Positions 37,301 through 45,875 of a stretch of 64,000 bases of DNA are shown in pieces. The DNA comes from an uncultured virus (IMG/VR IMGVR_UViG_3300044637_002122) (Duplodnaviria > Heunggongvirae > Uroviricota > Caudoviricetes). Where the stretch lies: the IMG/VR virus record IMGVR_UViG_3300044637_002122. One strand, written 5' to 3'. The position numbers and the translations under genes are program-made. Each line of letters opens with the position of its first letter. Positions within the stretch are counted from its first letter, which is position 1. The notes beneath the pieces are model-generated. The model had not been told where the DNA came from. It saw nothing but the letters and a program-made list of their open reading frames with translations, and did no database searches.

Positions 37301-38138
37301 AGGCGTGCAGCGTGGCGTCGATGGTCTTGCGGTAGACCCAGGACGACATTAGCGGGCCGGTGACGACCGTGCGGAACGGGCTGACCCAGTCCGCACCGGT
37401 GAACGTGGCAGACCCGCTCACGCTGCCGGCGATTACGGCCGTCATGGCGGGCAAGTTGGCCGTGGTCAGGGCCGCGCCGGCCGGGGCGATGCCGGTGGTG
37501 AGGTTGACCGTCGCGTCGACGTTGGCGGTAAGCGCCGTGGAGCCGGCCAAGACGGCGAACTTGGCCGAGTTGTCTGGCCAGGTGGTCAACACAATGCACT
37601 GCACCCCGGCAAGCGAGGTGCCAGATGGCAGATCGCCCTGTCGGAATGCGTGGCCGCAGGCCCACGGGTGCGTCCCGGTGGTCGTGGCATTGAGCGCCAG
37701 GGCGGTGATCGTCGTGCCGGCCGCTGGCGGCGGAGGCGGAGGCGGCGGCGGCGGCGTTGGCGCCGCGCTCACCACGATGTCCACGGCGTTGGACTGCACC
37801 AGGCTGCCGCTGATGGTGGCAGAGGCCTGCAGCCTCAGAGTTCCGACGGCAGCCGCTGTGGCGTAGGCCAGCTTCGTCAGCTCGCCGGGGGCGGGCGTGA
37901 CGGGCACGGGGTCGATGGTCGCGGCCGGGCCGCTTACGCGCGCCACGGTCACCGATGCGGGTGCGGTGATGTTGGCTGCAGTGACAGTCAGCGCCTCGGC
38001 AACCCCCACGGTGGCCGCTCCGTCTGAGCTCAGAGTGAGGCTTGGGGCCGGAGGAGGCGGAGGCGCCGATGGCGCAGCCCGGCCGGCGTAGATCGGCCCT
38101 GATGCGGCCGAGTAGAGGTCTGACTGTGGCGTGGCCAT
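34368..38138 (-). CDS. Large (1256 aa) putative glycan-binding/degrading fibre protein with poly-Pro linkers and a C-terminal beta-propeller
   Basis: Poly-Pro linkers; GHAFRQGDLP..WPDNSAKFAVL (PcRGLX/YetA-like N-domain, from recall); helical core with RGVAWALR and WMQDF; GGGHSDG..PTARHSYQGL (propeller-like). Confidence 0.6.
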   Translation of the reverse strand: MATPQSDLYSAASGPIYAGRAAPSAPPPPPAPSLTLSSDGAATVGVAEALTVTAANITAPASVTVARVSGPAATIDPVPVTPAPGELTKLAYATAAAVGTLRLQASATISGSLVQSNAVDIVVSAAPTPPPPPPPPPPAAGTTITALALNATTTGTHPWACGHAFRQGDLPSGTSLAGVQCIVLTTWPDNSAKFAVLAGSTALTANVDATVNLTTGIAPAGAALTTANLPAMTAVIAGSVSGSATFTGADWVSPFRTVVTGPLMSSWVYRKTIDATLHAYVEVRLWAGGAVEVLPWLENGYVMVAGATSRNETWTFDLGGTQRESITLDFCGRQRLYLLTGTKLAHWLATDPDVFIRHSAAYIEATKLVPNYSATSPDSAITSWSESITSPHEQGLYPNGMGAGGYHLSIGLLPRWDAMVYTNGSRKAYRVAQQHAYRAGRYGVYYRDENTLSPPRLLDHATRIIGNSSAGIGDTGSGASQSATQTGSVPPTWKVSHLPSMGFVSALISGRWCHIETAQFNASLAMMHASTSFRQNGDGVLQTFSYLQVRGVAWALRAIAQAAAISPDDDPLQAEFERQLSNTAAFNHSRYVAQSSHPFGWMNSILPGLTDGYTPGTTPPLAAASWMQDFVTAAVGYARHLTGDGIAEAAKLAGWFEFLGKSVATRTTDDFSAAGYPYRYAGAFAFGTAAQDNANWNDGSGPWPATPGDMWRWTWAEPSGAESSFTALWSQQPGCSAPPTKELGDGSLLFGGIGSVGSYWHNLMPALSYCAEFGIPGAAAGYQRVVSAPNFASGVAAQDAGDPTWAVRARSTETWGAGSELGTLVGDVWTPGRDAQGRVNLASWNTVPTGRWIEVGGSRIDTQLTAAVQAVSAGWSLQQLWGFSNSSNLMQSWSGFTIDQANARLWFLGGGHSDGYNNGLYRFDFYRMQWAIECPPSPRSTMSTAYLTNGSSTNHPQSTATAAANFNANNAAGLTTGVLVPALNGPMYDEIPTDGKPTARHSYQGLVYVPTVGAQGSVFMHARRLWRYDIATGQWVLKRLVNDQIRSTGGAAPNATGVIEIHAAEQSLAIWDEATNRVLCSASGSAGQGAYAYNWNTQTWAGWSGVYGLNFNDAAVVRQGRTVVSFNAPAATGGRAGRYWVHNLDTGVTATGTDVQLGGGLTRANFQPADAFYDAYSMVYVPPLNRYWVWTRNNVGGMQALQLDPTTTPWTLSPLSFANASPIQERLAQGRTHWIEALNAVLVWDHCFVGAKLYKF

Positions 38139-38189
38139 CGGCGGCGTTTATAGCTTCAACGTCATTGGATTTGGAGCGCGTTCACGGAA

Positions 38190-38723
38190 TCAATGGCGCC
38201 CCATCAGCGTGCCCGGGTAGACCATCATCCTCACGGAGGACGACGAGTCTGAAACAATGAAGCCCTCCATCGACCACGCACCACCAAAGCTCATTGCGGT
38301 CGCGTTGCGCAGGCTCCAAGAGCCCGCCCTGGAAGCGGACTGCGCATTGCGCAGCGACCAGGCTCCTGCCACGCCACCGGCCGCGGCGTTTCGAAGGCTC
38401 CACGCTCCGGCGATGGCACCCGAGGCGGGGCTCCTGATGGACCAGGAGCTGGAGAACGACCTGGACTCAGAGTTTCGCAGTGACCATGCGCCATTAAAGC
38501 TCCGAGACGCCGAGTTGCGCACCGACCATCCGCCAGAAAGGCTCGCCAAGTCGCCGCCGCCGACACTCCAGGCTGACCCAAAGGTGGATGCGGACTCGTT
38601 GCGAACCGTCCACTCGGAGGCCAGAGACCCGGATGTGCGGTTGCGGACAGACCAAGACCCAGACAGAAGACCGGCGGCGCCGCTCGGGGGCGCCGCATCT
38701 GCGGCGAAGAGCAGCAGCAGCAT
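38190..38723 (-). CDS. Protein with ten tandem 14-aa W-S-[VLI]-R-N repeats
   Basis: Trp recurs every 14 residues (WSVRN, WTVRN, WSVGG, WSVRN, WSLRN, WSIRS, WSLRN x3, WSMEG). Confidence 0.7.
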   Translation of the reverse strand: MLLLLFAADAAPPSGAAGLLSGSWSVRNRTSGSLASEWTVRNESASTFGSAWSVGGGDLASLSGGWSVRNSASRSFNGAWSLRNSESRSFSSSWSIRSPASGAIAGAWSLRNAAAGGVAGAWSLRNAQSASRAGSWSLRNATAMSFGGAWSMEGFIVSDSSSSVRMMVYPGTLMGRH

Positions 38724-38743
38724 GGGCGGCGCGGGCTAGTTGG

Positions 38744-38905
38744 TCAGAGCGCGCGCAGCAGGTTGAGCGTGGCGCGCGTCTCGGCGTCTTGCGTGTCGAT
38801 GGCGGCGACTTGCTGCAGATCGCCCAGCGCCTCGGCCGAGGCGCGCAGTTGCGACAGCCTGGTGAGCTGCCGCTCGCACATGAGGATGAGGTCGTTGATG
38901 CTCAT
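38744..38905 (-). CDS. Small coiled-coil protein (53 aa)
   Basis: Manual translation MSINDLILMCERQLTRLSQLRASAEALGDLQQVAAIDTQDAETRATLNLLRAL; fills the intergenic gap. Confidence 0.65.
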   Translation of the reverse strand: MSINDLILMCERQLTRLSQLRASAEALGDLQQVAAIDTQDAETRATLNLLRAL

Positions 38906-38906
38906 G

Positions 38907-40343
38907 TCACACCACCATCTGCCGCAGCATCACCGTGCTGGTGTTGAGTCCAATGTAGATGTAGTCGATCTCGGTCGCCCCGTCCTTGTAGGTCGCGTCG
39001 AATGCGGTGTCACCCAACACCGCCGCACCTTGCGTGTACGTCATGGTGCTCCAGGGCTGCATGGCGAACTCGGCAAAGTCGAAAGCGAACCAGCGGCCGG
39101 TGGCCTCTTTTTGAATGTAGAGGCGATCTTTACAGTAGGCGTACTTCGTGCCCGCGGCGAAGGTTTCCGCGGCCGGCGAGTAGCTCACGGCCTCCCAGGT
39201 GTTCAGGGCGATGTCGTAGCGGTCGAGTAAGGCACCCGCAGCGCCGCGGAACGAATAGAGGTAGCGCCCGTTGCGAATCGCGCTTTCGTTGTTCCAGTCG
39301 GCGTCCGTAACGCTGTGAATCCAGTGGCCCGACATGCCCGCGCCAGGAGCGCCGCCACGCGCTGCCGTGGGCGCCAGCGTTGTCCATGTGTTGCTGGAGA
39401 TGCTGTACCGGTACATCGTGACCGCGTTGCTCCCCAAGTAATACAGAAAATCGTCGTTGCCCTCGATGCTGTACTGGCTGGTCGCGTCGGGCGTCGTCGT
39501 CCAGGCTGCGCTGACGGTCAGCGTGGTGCCGGTGTTGGATGCGACTGTCCTGATCTGGCCTTGCCCCGTGCCCGCAGTGATGCGGACCTGGGAATTGGCC
39601 CACTGGTTCGTGGTCCAGGTCTTCGCGCTGTTCGACAGCGTCGTGCCGGTGGCAGACGTGGCGGTGCCGGTGGCGAAGCCCTTGAACCCGCCGTCGATCC
39701 AAGCCGGTGTGCCGCACATCTTGCCGTCTGTGCCCAAGCTGGCGGGCAGGCCGGTGTGAGCCAGCGTCGCCCAGGTGTTGGTGGCGAAGCAGTATTTCCG
39801 GAAGCTGCCCGCCGCCAACGTGCCCGCGCCGACCACGAAGAACACCGGGGTCTTGAGCCGGTACTGGCTGGTGTTGTCGAAGGCCACCGCCTCGGCGCCC
39901 TCGAACGTGATGACCGCGTTCGGCCCGATGGTGTTGGATGCGATGGTCTTGAGCCGGCCGGCGTTGGTGCCGCCCACGAACAGCACCGAGTAGCCGCGCA
40001 GATCGCGGGCCAGGGTCTGGTTAGTGGTGATTCCGTTGACCGTGCCGGCCGTGGCCGTCAGGCTCGATGCGCCGACGGTGGCGCCGGTGCTGAAGCTGGC
40101 GGCCGTGCCCGTGGCACCCGCGCCGAACGTGCCGGCCAGGGCCGGCGATGGCACCTGAATGAAGCCGTCTTCCAGCGGGCTGTACAAAAACGCGGAGGTG
40201 TTGCTCTGCACCAGCAGTTGCTGCTGACGGTAGTGCCTGCTGGACACGACGCAGTGCGCCGCCGCAGTCGCGGCGGGCAGCGGGGCGCAGAACTCCCAGC
40301 GCTTGAGATCGAGGATCTTGCGGTTGCCGTTGGTGGTAGGCAT
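38907..40343 (-). CDS. Kelch-like beta-propeller structural protein
   Basis: Repeated Y..ATNTW / YSISSNTWTTLAP / YDIALNTW blades; two inserted Thr/Gly-rich modules (GTNAGRLKTIASNT, GTGQGQIRTVASNT). Confidence 0.7.
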   Translation of the reverse strand: MPTTNGNRKILDLKRWEFCAPLPAATAAAHCVVSSRHYRQQQLLVQSNTSAFLYSPLEDGFIQVPSPALAGTFGAGATGTAASFSTGATVGASSLTATAGTVNGITTNQTLARDLRGYSVLFVGGTNAGRLKTIASNTIGPNAVITFEGAEAVAFDNTSQYRLKTPVFFVVGAGTLAAGSFRKYCFATNTWATLAHTGLPASLGTDGKMCGTPAWIDGGFKGFATGTATSATGTTLSNSAKTWTTNQWANSQVRITAGTGQGQIRTVASNTGTTLTVSAAWTTTPDATSQYSIEGNDDFLYYLGSNAVTMYRYSISSNTWTTLAPTAARGGAPGAGMSGHWIHSVTDADWNNESAIRNGRYLYSFRGAAGALLDRYDIALNTWEAVSYSPAAETFAAGTKYAYCKDRLYIQKEATGRWFAFDFAEFAMQPWSTMTYTQGAAVLGDTAFDATYKDGATEIDYIYIGLNTSTVMLRQMVV

Positions 40344-40344
40344 G

Positions 40345-40821
40345 TCAGGTCACCGAGATGTTGCGGCGCGCGGAGTCGGCGCCCAGTCGCATCAGCGACG
40401 GGATTTGCTCAGTGGCCGAAAAGCCACCGACCTGCGTTTGGTTCGTGAGCGTGGCCACCGTCGTGACCGTACTGACGGTCGTGACCGTGCCCACGGTGGT
40501 GATCGTCGCCAGCGTGAGGCCGGCGGTGATGCTGTCCAAGGCCACACGCATGCGGGCCGCTGTGTCGGGCTGCATCTGGCCCACGGTGCGGGTGAGGGCC
40601 TGCACGGCCAGGCGCATGGCCTCCAGCGCCTCGATCGCCTCGCCGTAGACGGTGACGGGAAGCCCGTTGGATTGGCCGACGTTGGTGGCGGTCTGGGCGT
40701 CGTCGGGGCCGTCGAGCGTCACCAGGCCGACGGCCTGCACATGAGCAAGCTCGCCGCTCCACGACACCTCTCGCGTCGCCGCTTTGACGGCTGACGGTGG
40801 CAGGGCTACGTTGTCGGGCAC
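40345..40821 (-). CDS. Hypothetical fibre-like protein
   Basis: TITTVGTVTTVSTVTTVATLT repeats; coupled to its neighbour. Confidence 0.6.
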   Translation of the reverse strand: MPDNVALPPSAVKAATREVSWSGELAHVQAVGLVTLDGPDDAQTATNVGQSNGLPVTVYGEAIEALEAMRLAVQALTRTVGQMQPDTAARMRVALDSITAGLTLATITTVGTVTTVSTVTTVATLTNQTQVGGFSATEQIPSLMRLGADSARRNISVT

Positions 40822-40831
40822 GGCGTTCTCC

Positions 40832-41338
40832 TCAGTTGATGAAGTCTGCCGCGAAGCCCAGCGACCAAGTGTCGTTGGCGATGGCCGGAGCGGATGCGGT
40901 CACGGTGCGGCGCAGCCAGACGGCCTTGTGCTGGCCGGCCGGGATGTCGCCCAAGGCCAAGCCGGCGCCCTGCGTTGATGGCTCTGAGAACGTCACGCCC
41001 GTAGGAGCCGTCGTCTCACTGGCGATCGTTTGCTCGGTGCCGTTCACGGCTGCTGTGCCAACTCCGACGGCCAGCGTAGTCGATGTGTTCGGCGTGTTGC
41101 CCGCCACCCATACGACTGCGCTCAGCATGGTCGAAGATGCGTTGCCGTTGTGCAGGTAGATGCACCTGTACTCGACGCTTCCGGCCGCGGCCTCGCCGCT
41201 TGACACCTGGTCGAACAGCGAGTCGACGGCTGCCGAAGCTGCGTTGGAGCTCTTGGCGCCGCCGAGCGAGGCGTTGCCGCTGGAGTTTGCTGCGCCCCCG
41301 GAAAGACGCGCCACGAAGTCTGCAGCAATCAGTGGCAT
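40832..41338 (-). CDS. Hypothetical beta-rich virion protein
   Basis: RLSGGAAN..SLGG..LFD.VS..EYRCIY..VWLRRTV; GGAG SD. Confidence 0.65.
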   Translation of the reverse strand: MPLIAADFVARLSGGAANSSGNASLGGAKSSNAASAAVDSLFDQVSSGEAAAGSVEYRCIYLHNGNASSTMLSAVVWVAGNTPNTSTTLAVGVGTAAVNGTEQTIASETTAPTGVTFSEPSTQGAGLALGDIPAGQHKAVWLRRTVTASAPAIANDTWSLGFAADFIN

Positions 41339-41341
41339 GTG

Positions 41342-41941
41342 TTACTCCAGAGAGGCCGCTGCGGCCTTGAGCTTGCTGAGCCGAGCCTCGTAGTCGGCGC
41401 GGGCCGCCAGCGCGGCGGCGCTGTTTTCTGCGGCATCGTTGGTGGCCTTGCGAAGCTCCTCCGCTTTGTCGCTGAGCTCGGCCATGATCTTGTCGACTGC
41501 GGCTGCTGCGGCGTCGCGCTGGCGCTGCGTCTCCGCGATCTGCTCGGCGGCGATGCGCTCTCGCTCAGCTGCGGCGGCCTCGGCCGCTTCGGAGCGCATG
41601 GAGGCGTTCTTGATGGCGCCCTCATGGTCTCGCGCCAGCTCGCGCCTCATGCTCTCGATGCCGGCCTCGCGCTCGTCAAGCATTGCCACTCGAGCCGCGA
41701 GCTCGTTGCCGGCCGACAGGGCCTCGTCCCGGGCGCTCTTGGCCTCATCTTGGGCGAGCTTCGCCTCCTCTTTCGCGGCCCTGGCGGCATCGATCTCGGC
41801 AGTCGCCTCATCGCGCGCGGCTCGCAACTCCATCAGGGCCGCCTTCATGGCGTCTGTGTCCTTGGCGAGCGAGAGAATGGAAACGAGGTCGATCGCCTGA
41901 GCGAGTGACGCCGCCACGGGAGCGCTCATCATGTGATTCAT
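41342..41941 (-). CDS. Coiled-coil protein
   Basis: Ala/Glu/Arg heptad-rich; GGAG SD. Confidence 0.65.
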   Translation of the reverse strand: MNHMMSAPVAASLAQAIDLVSILSLAKDTDAMKAALMELRAARDEATAEIDAARAAKEEAKLAQDEAKSARDEALSAGNELAARVAMLDEREAGIESMRRELARDHEGAIKNASMRSEAAEAAAAERERIAAEQIAETQRQRDAAAAAVDKIMAELSDKAEELRKATNDAAENSAAALAARADYEARLSKLKAAAASLE

Positions 41942-41951
41942 GTTCGCTCCG

Positions 41952-42251
41952 TCAGGTGGAAGAGATCACTGCGATCTTGGTGCCAGGCCGCACGCCGAAG
42001 AATTCGGTGCCGCCGGCCTGCAGCCTTTGGCTTCCGGATGTGGCGGTCGGGTTGGCGCCAAAGGCGATGCGACACGTCGCGTCCGTGTGGATCCTCACGA
42101 AGCGAGTGACGTCACCAACTGCCGCCGACTGCGCGCTTGCTCCAGTGATCTGAACCTGCTGCACCAGCCTCGAAGGCTCCAGGCCGGTCGGAATGACGTT
42201 CCCAGACGAGTCACTCGCCAGAGAGGTGTATTCTGTGATGTCGAGTGGCAT
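41952..42251 (-). CDS. Hypothetical small beta-sandwich protein
   Basis: LDITEY..SAQSAA..TRFVRIHTD..C.IAFG.NPTAT..EFFGV. Confidence 0.65.
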   Translation of the reverse strand: MPLDITEYTSLASDSSGNVIPTGLEPSRLVQQVQITGASAQSAAVGDVTRFVRIHTDATCRIAFGANPTATSGSQRLQAGGTEFFGVRPGTKIAVISST

Positions 42252-42260
42252 TCTTCTTCC

Positions 42261-42632
42261 TCACGAGTTGTAGGCGGACTCGTACTCCTCCGCCTCCTTG
42301 AGGCCGCGCCCCGCGACGGCCTCTCGAGCCGCTAGGGCGGCGCTGGTCAGCGGGGGCTCGCCGGTCTCCTCGCGGAAGCCCTTCTCGAACTCGCGCTCGC
42401 GCTTGCGGCGCTCCTCTTCGCGCTTGCGCATGAGCTCCTGGAACTGGCGATCCTGGCGCTTCTTCTTCGCGGGGTCGACAGGCAGAGGGCGGGTGAACAT
42501 CAGCTGGCCGCTGTCCTTCTCACCCTGCGGCACGAGGCCGCCGACCGGAGGCCCCTCGAGGCCGGCCTCCTTCTCGCGACGCATCATCGTCAGCTTCGGG
42601 TTGCGGATCTCGGCGGGGTCGATCTTGGGCAT
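42261..42632 (-). CDS. Hypothetical protein
   Basis: ORF tiling in the operon; charged. Confidence 0.55.
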   Translation of the reverse strand: MPKIDPAEIRNPKLTMMRREKEAGLEGPPVGGLVPQGEKDSGQLMFTRPLPVDPAKKKRQDRQFQELMRKREEERRKREREFEKGFREETGEPPLTSAALAAREAVAGRGLKEAEEYESAYNS

Positions 42633-42637
42633 GATGG

Positions 42638-43261
42638 TCAGGCCAGGCTCTGCCAGGCGTTCTTGTAGGCGGCCATGTCGGCGGCCGCGGGGTTGGCCGG
42701 CTGGGCCACGATCGGGCTGTCTGCCATCGTGCCGGGCTGCGCACTGGTGATCGGCTTCGTTGTCACCGGCATGGCGCTCTTGACGCCCGACGGCTGGGCC
42801 GGAATCGGCGCCGAGACAGCTCCGCCGAACATGCGCGCCAGCGCGGCGGACGGGCCATCAGCAGGCGGCCGCGCGCCAGACGCGACAGGCCTGGCCGCCG
42901 TCACTGAGCCGAATGCGTCGCCGCCGGCCATCTGGCCTCCGCCAGGCGGCTGGACGGCAGGCGCGGCGGCGGCAGGAGCCCTCGGGCGCCCGAAGCGGAC
43001 CCTGAGGGCGGCCATCCGCTCCTCTTGCCACGGAGCGGCGCGCTTGGGGGCCGGCATCTCGGGCGCCGCCGGCGCGGCCGCGGCAGGCTGGCCGCCGGTC
43101 TGACGCTCAGCAACCAGGCCGTGATCCATCGCGAACTGGCGCGCCAGCGGGTCGACCTTCATGACCTTCTGGGCGATGGGATCCTTGCCGACCACCTTCT
43201 GGATGGCCGACATGCCAGGCAGGCCGCTGACGGCCTTTCGCAGCCGACGCCGCAGGCTCAC
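42638..43261 (-). CDS. Hypothetical Pro/Ala-rich protein
   Basis: ORF tiling in the operon. Confidence 0.55.
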   Translation of the reverse strand: MSLRRRLRKAVSGLPGMSAIQKVVGKDPIAQKVMKVDPLARQFAMDHGLVAERQTGGQPAAAAPAAPEMPAPKRAAPWQEERMAALRVRFGRPRAPAAAAPAVQPPGGGQMAGGDAFGSVTAARPVASGARPPADGPSAALARMFGGAVSAPIPAQPSGVKSAMPVTTKPITSAQPGTMADSPIVAQPANPAAADMAAYKNAWQSLA

Positions 43262-43262
43262 C

Positions 43263-43433
43263 TCAGCCCCCGAGCTTCTTCAGCTTGGCAGCTTCTTTGG
43301 ACTGGCAGCCGTTGGCCTTGCAGTAGCCCGGCGAGGGGCACTTTGCGCAGGCCTCGAACTTCTTCGGGCTCTCGCTCCAGGCCTTCTGGTACGAGGCGTC
43401 CTGCGACTTCATCTGCTTGGTGCTGGACGGCAT
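43263..43433 (-). CDS. Small Cys4 (possible Zn-binding) protein, 56 aa
   Basis: Manual translation MPSSTKQMKSQDASYQKAWSESPKKFEACAKCPSPGYCKANGCQSKEAAKLKKLGG; GGAG upstream. Confidence 0.55.
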   Translation of the reverse strand: MPSSTKQMKSQDASYQKAWSESPKKFEACAKCPSPGYCKANGCQSKEAAKLKKLGG

Positions 43434-43434
43434 G

Positions 43435-43596
43435 TCAGGCTCCGAAGTTGCTGTCGGATCCGGCGTCGTCTTGCTTGTCGCCGCTCTTGCTCTTCCACAG
43501 GAAGGCTCCCACGGCGACCACAGCCACCAGGGCCAGGACGACGAAGAATGCGGGGCCCGCGTCGATGAACGGGAAGGTGTAGTCGGCTTCGCCCAT
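43435..43596 (-). CDS. Small single-pass membrane protein (53 aa)
   Basis: GGAG, 6 nt, ATG; FFVVLALVAVVAVGAFLWK. Confidence 0.55.
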   Translation of the reverse strand: MGEADYTFPFIDAGPAFFVVLALVAVVAVGAFLWKSKSGDKQDDAGSDSNFGA

Positions 43597-43697
43597 GTGG
43601 CACTCCGGTTGTGGCGCCTTGGCGCCGGGTCGTAATAGCTTGTAGCGCGCGACCATAGCCAACCGGGCGGCCCAGGGCTACCCGTGAACGCGGAAGC

Positions 43698-44879
43698 CTA
43701 AGCCTGCAGCATCTCCGGGACGACGGTGATCTTGCTGACCTGCCCCCACTGCTTGTGGTACGTGAGGCTAGAGACCTGGCGCTCCGCAATCCAGCCGCCC
43801 CGTGCCGCGTACGCATCGCGCGCCGCCAGCGTGGGGTGCTGAATCACGGTCATCCCGCTGTGCTCCTTCTCCTCGACGTGATGGCGGTGGCCCGTGTGGC
43901 AGTAGCGCTTTGCCGTCAAGCCCCACATCTGCGAGAACTGAGACGCGAACAGCAGCGGCAGCTGGTCGTTCTTCTTGAGGTGGCCGTGGTGGAAGGCAAG
44001 CATCGTCTCTCCGTGCTGCACGGCGTAGTACGGCAGCGGCGAGTCGATCACGGTCACGCGAGGCTCGTTCTCGTACAGGGCCGCGAAGAGGGTGCGCAGC
44101 CATACGCTGCTCGCGATGTCGTGGTTTCCCTCGGCCATCAGCACAATCACGCGATCGTGCTTCGCCAGGGCTACGGCAATCACTCGGCGCAGGATCCGCA
44201 CCGCCACCTTCACGACCTTCTCGAAACGGCTGTCGGCGTCCAGGATGTGGCCGCTGGTCGGGGTGATCGGCTGCATGCCGTCCTGGTGCAGGAGGTCGCC
44301 GAGCTGGTTGACGATCGCCACGCCGCTGGCCGGAGACCCGGCCACCATGTGCTCGAAGCATCCGGTCAGCACGCGCTCAGCGATGTCCAGATCCCAGTCG
44401 TGCCCGGTCTCCTTGCCCCAGGCCAGCATGCCAACGTGGCTGTCTGTCAACGTGTACAGCGTCAGCAGCTCCTCTCGCCGCGGCTCGACGGGAGCCGGCG
44501 CCGGCGCCTCGCGCGGCACGCCGGAGGCCAGATCCTCGGCGATGGCGCGCACGATGCGCTCCACCTCGCCGCGCCTGACGTCCGCCTTCACCCACTGTCC
44601 GCGCACCTTGCCGTCGGCGTCGTAGTAGGTCGACACACCCTTGGCGATGTGCGTCGGCGGCACCGGCTTGGTCCAGTCGTGCCCGGGCGAGTAGCCGGCC
44701 AAGGCCGCTCGAGCCTTGAGGCGGGCGATCGAGTGCCTGGCCGCCGTCGGCTCCATCCCGAGGGCCTTGCACGCCTTGCGCATGCTGCCCTCGCGCTCGA
44801 CGGCCTCGGCGATCTCGAGCTGACGGGGCGTCGCGAACTGCAAGAGGCCTGGGTCTATGGTGTCAACTGCCTTGGGCAC
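43698..44879 (-). CDS. Calcineurin-like metallophosphoesterase with N-terminal HTH
   Basis: TDSHVG, LGDLLH, EGNHD, FHHGH, HTGHRHH. Confidence 0.85.
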   Translation of the reverse strand: MPKAVDTIDPGLLQFATPRQLEIAEAVEREGSMRKACKALGMEPTAARHSIARLKARAALAGYSPGHDWTKPVPPTHIAKGVSTYYDADGKVRGQWVKADVRRGEVERIVRAIAEDLASGVPREAPAPAPVEPRREELLTLYTLTDSHVGMLAWGKETGHDWDLDIAERVLTGCFEHMVAGSPASGVAIVNQLGDLLHQDGMQPITPTSGHILDADSRFEKVVKVAVRILRRVIAVALAKHDRVIVLMAEGNHDIASSVWLRTLFAALYENEPRVTVIDSPLPYYAVQHGETMLAFHHGHLKKNDQLPLLFASQFSQMWGLTAKRYCHTGHRHHVEEKEHSGMTVIQHPTLAARDAYAARGGWIAERQVSSLTYHKQWGQVSKITVVPEMLQA

Positions 44880-45303
44880 TGGTGCCTTTCTGGAGCCTGT
44901 AGGTCCTCGTCTTGCCGTGTGTTCCGGCGTCGATCTCCCTGGCGATGGCCACCGCCTCCGCGGGGCTCTTCCCGGCGGCCATGGCGGCCCTTGCTGCCAT
45001 GCCTCCGCTGCCGATGGCGTAGCGCCGCGGCACCTCGATCCACCCGTCGACCGGCGTCCAGCTGAAGAGGCTCTTGTCCCCCATGGCCAGGACCTGCACG
45101 TTCTCGACGGGGGGCTTGTCGCCCTTCATCCCCCTCGTCATCCACCACCGCACCAGCATGATCTCGTCGAGGTCGCCCGCGAAGCCGCAGAGCCGACCCT
45201 TGATGCGCCACACCTTCCTGATCGGCGCCTTCTCGATGCCGTCGCTCCAGCACGAGTCGCTGCACATGATCCCGAGGGAGGCGTCGGCGGCGATCGTGGT
45301 CAT
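44863..45303 (-). CDS. HslV/proteasome-beta-like Ntn hydrolase (146 aa)
   Basis: Starts MTTIA (N-terminal Thr nucleophile); SD..K..GFAG; YAIGSG; AV.IA..ID..T.G. Confidence 0.75.
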   Translation of the reverse strand: MTTIAADASLGIMCSDSCWSDGIEKAPIRKVWRIKGRLCGFAGDLDEIMLVRWWMTRGMKGDKPPVENVQVLAMGDKSLFSWTPVDGWIEVPRRYAIGSGGMAARAAMAAGKSPAEAVAIAREIDAGTHGKTRTYRLQKGTSAQGS

Positions 45304-45875
45304 AGGCGGAAGCGGTGCGCGTACCAGACGTTGTTGAGTTGCTTGACCAGCCAGCCGATCGTGTACGCAAGGGCTTCCTCTTGCACGTTGCCGGCCACCG
45401 GATCGATCTGCTTCAGGCGCATGTAGGCCATGCCGGCATGCACCATCTCGTGTGACCCGAGCTCGCTGGGCTTCTGCATCCAATCACGCTCGTTCAAGAA
45501 GACGACGCCGATTGTGGCGCCGCCGAAGCGCACGAACCGACGATCTCCGTGAACGCGGCTTTTGGGTCCGATCGTGCTGACGCGGTTGACGAAGAAGCCT
45601 TGCGTACTCCAGTCGTGGCTGGAGCCCGTCACCAGGAAGCCGTCGCGCAGCATGCGGGCCCTGGTGCGCGAGACGAAGACCTCAATGCGGTCGTTGGGGT
45701 GGCCGCCGTGCTCTGTGTCCCAGCCGCCAGGGTAGAGCGTATAGCGCCGGCCGCGGGGCGATCTAGCCGGGATGCCGCGCCTCAGCGTGCCGAGCGGACG
45801 CGGCAGCTTGTGCAGCGGCTCAAAGCCTTGGCGCTTGCGCCGCTTCTTTGCGTCCTTGGACTGGTGGCGCCTCAT
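45300..45875 (-). CDS. Hypothetical protein with HExxH (zincin-like) motif
   Basis: SHEMVHAG..EEALAY; ATGA coupling to Rz. Confidence 0.55.
   Translation of the reverse strand: MRRHQSKDAKKRRKRQGFEPLHKLPRPLGTLRRGIPARSPRGRRYTLYPGGWDTEHGGHPNDRIEVFVSRTRARMLRDGFLVTGSSHDWSTQGFFVNRVSTIGPKSRVHGDRRFVRFGGATIGVVFLNERDWMQKPSELGSHEMVHAGMAYMRLKQIDPVAGNVQEEALAYTIGWLVKQLNNVWYAHRFRL

Noticed and set aside
38190..38723. 42-nt periodicity as a CRISPR array
   Set aside because: The repeats are conserved as protein and degenerate as DNA; no repeat-spacer structure or cas genes.
38177..45557. 11-mer CCGTGAACGCG at 38177 (reverse), 43682 and 45547 as a late-promoter element
   Set aside because: Orientation is inconsistent and one copy is inside a CDS; compatible with chance in GC-rich DNA.
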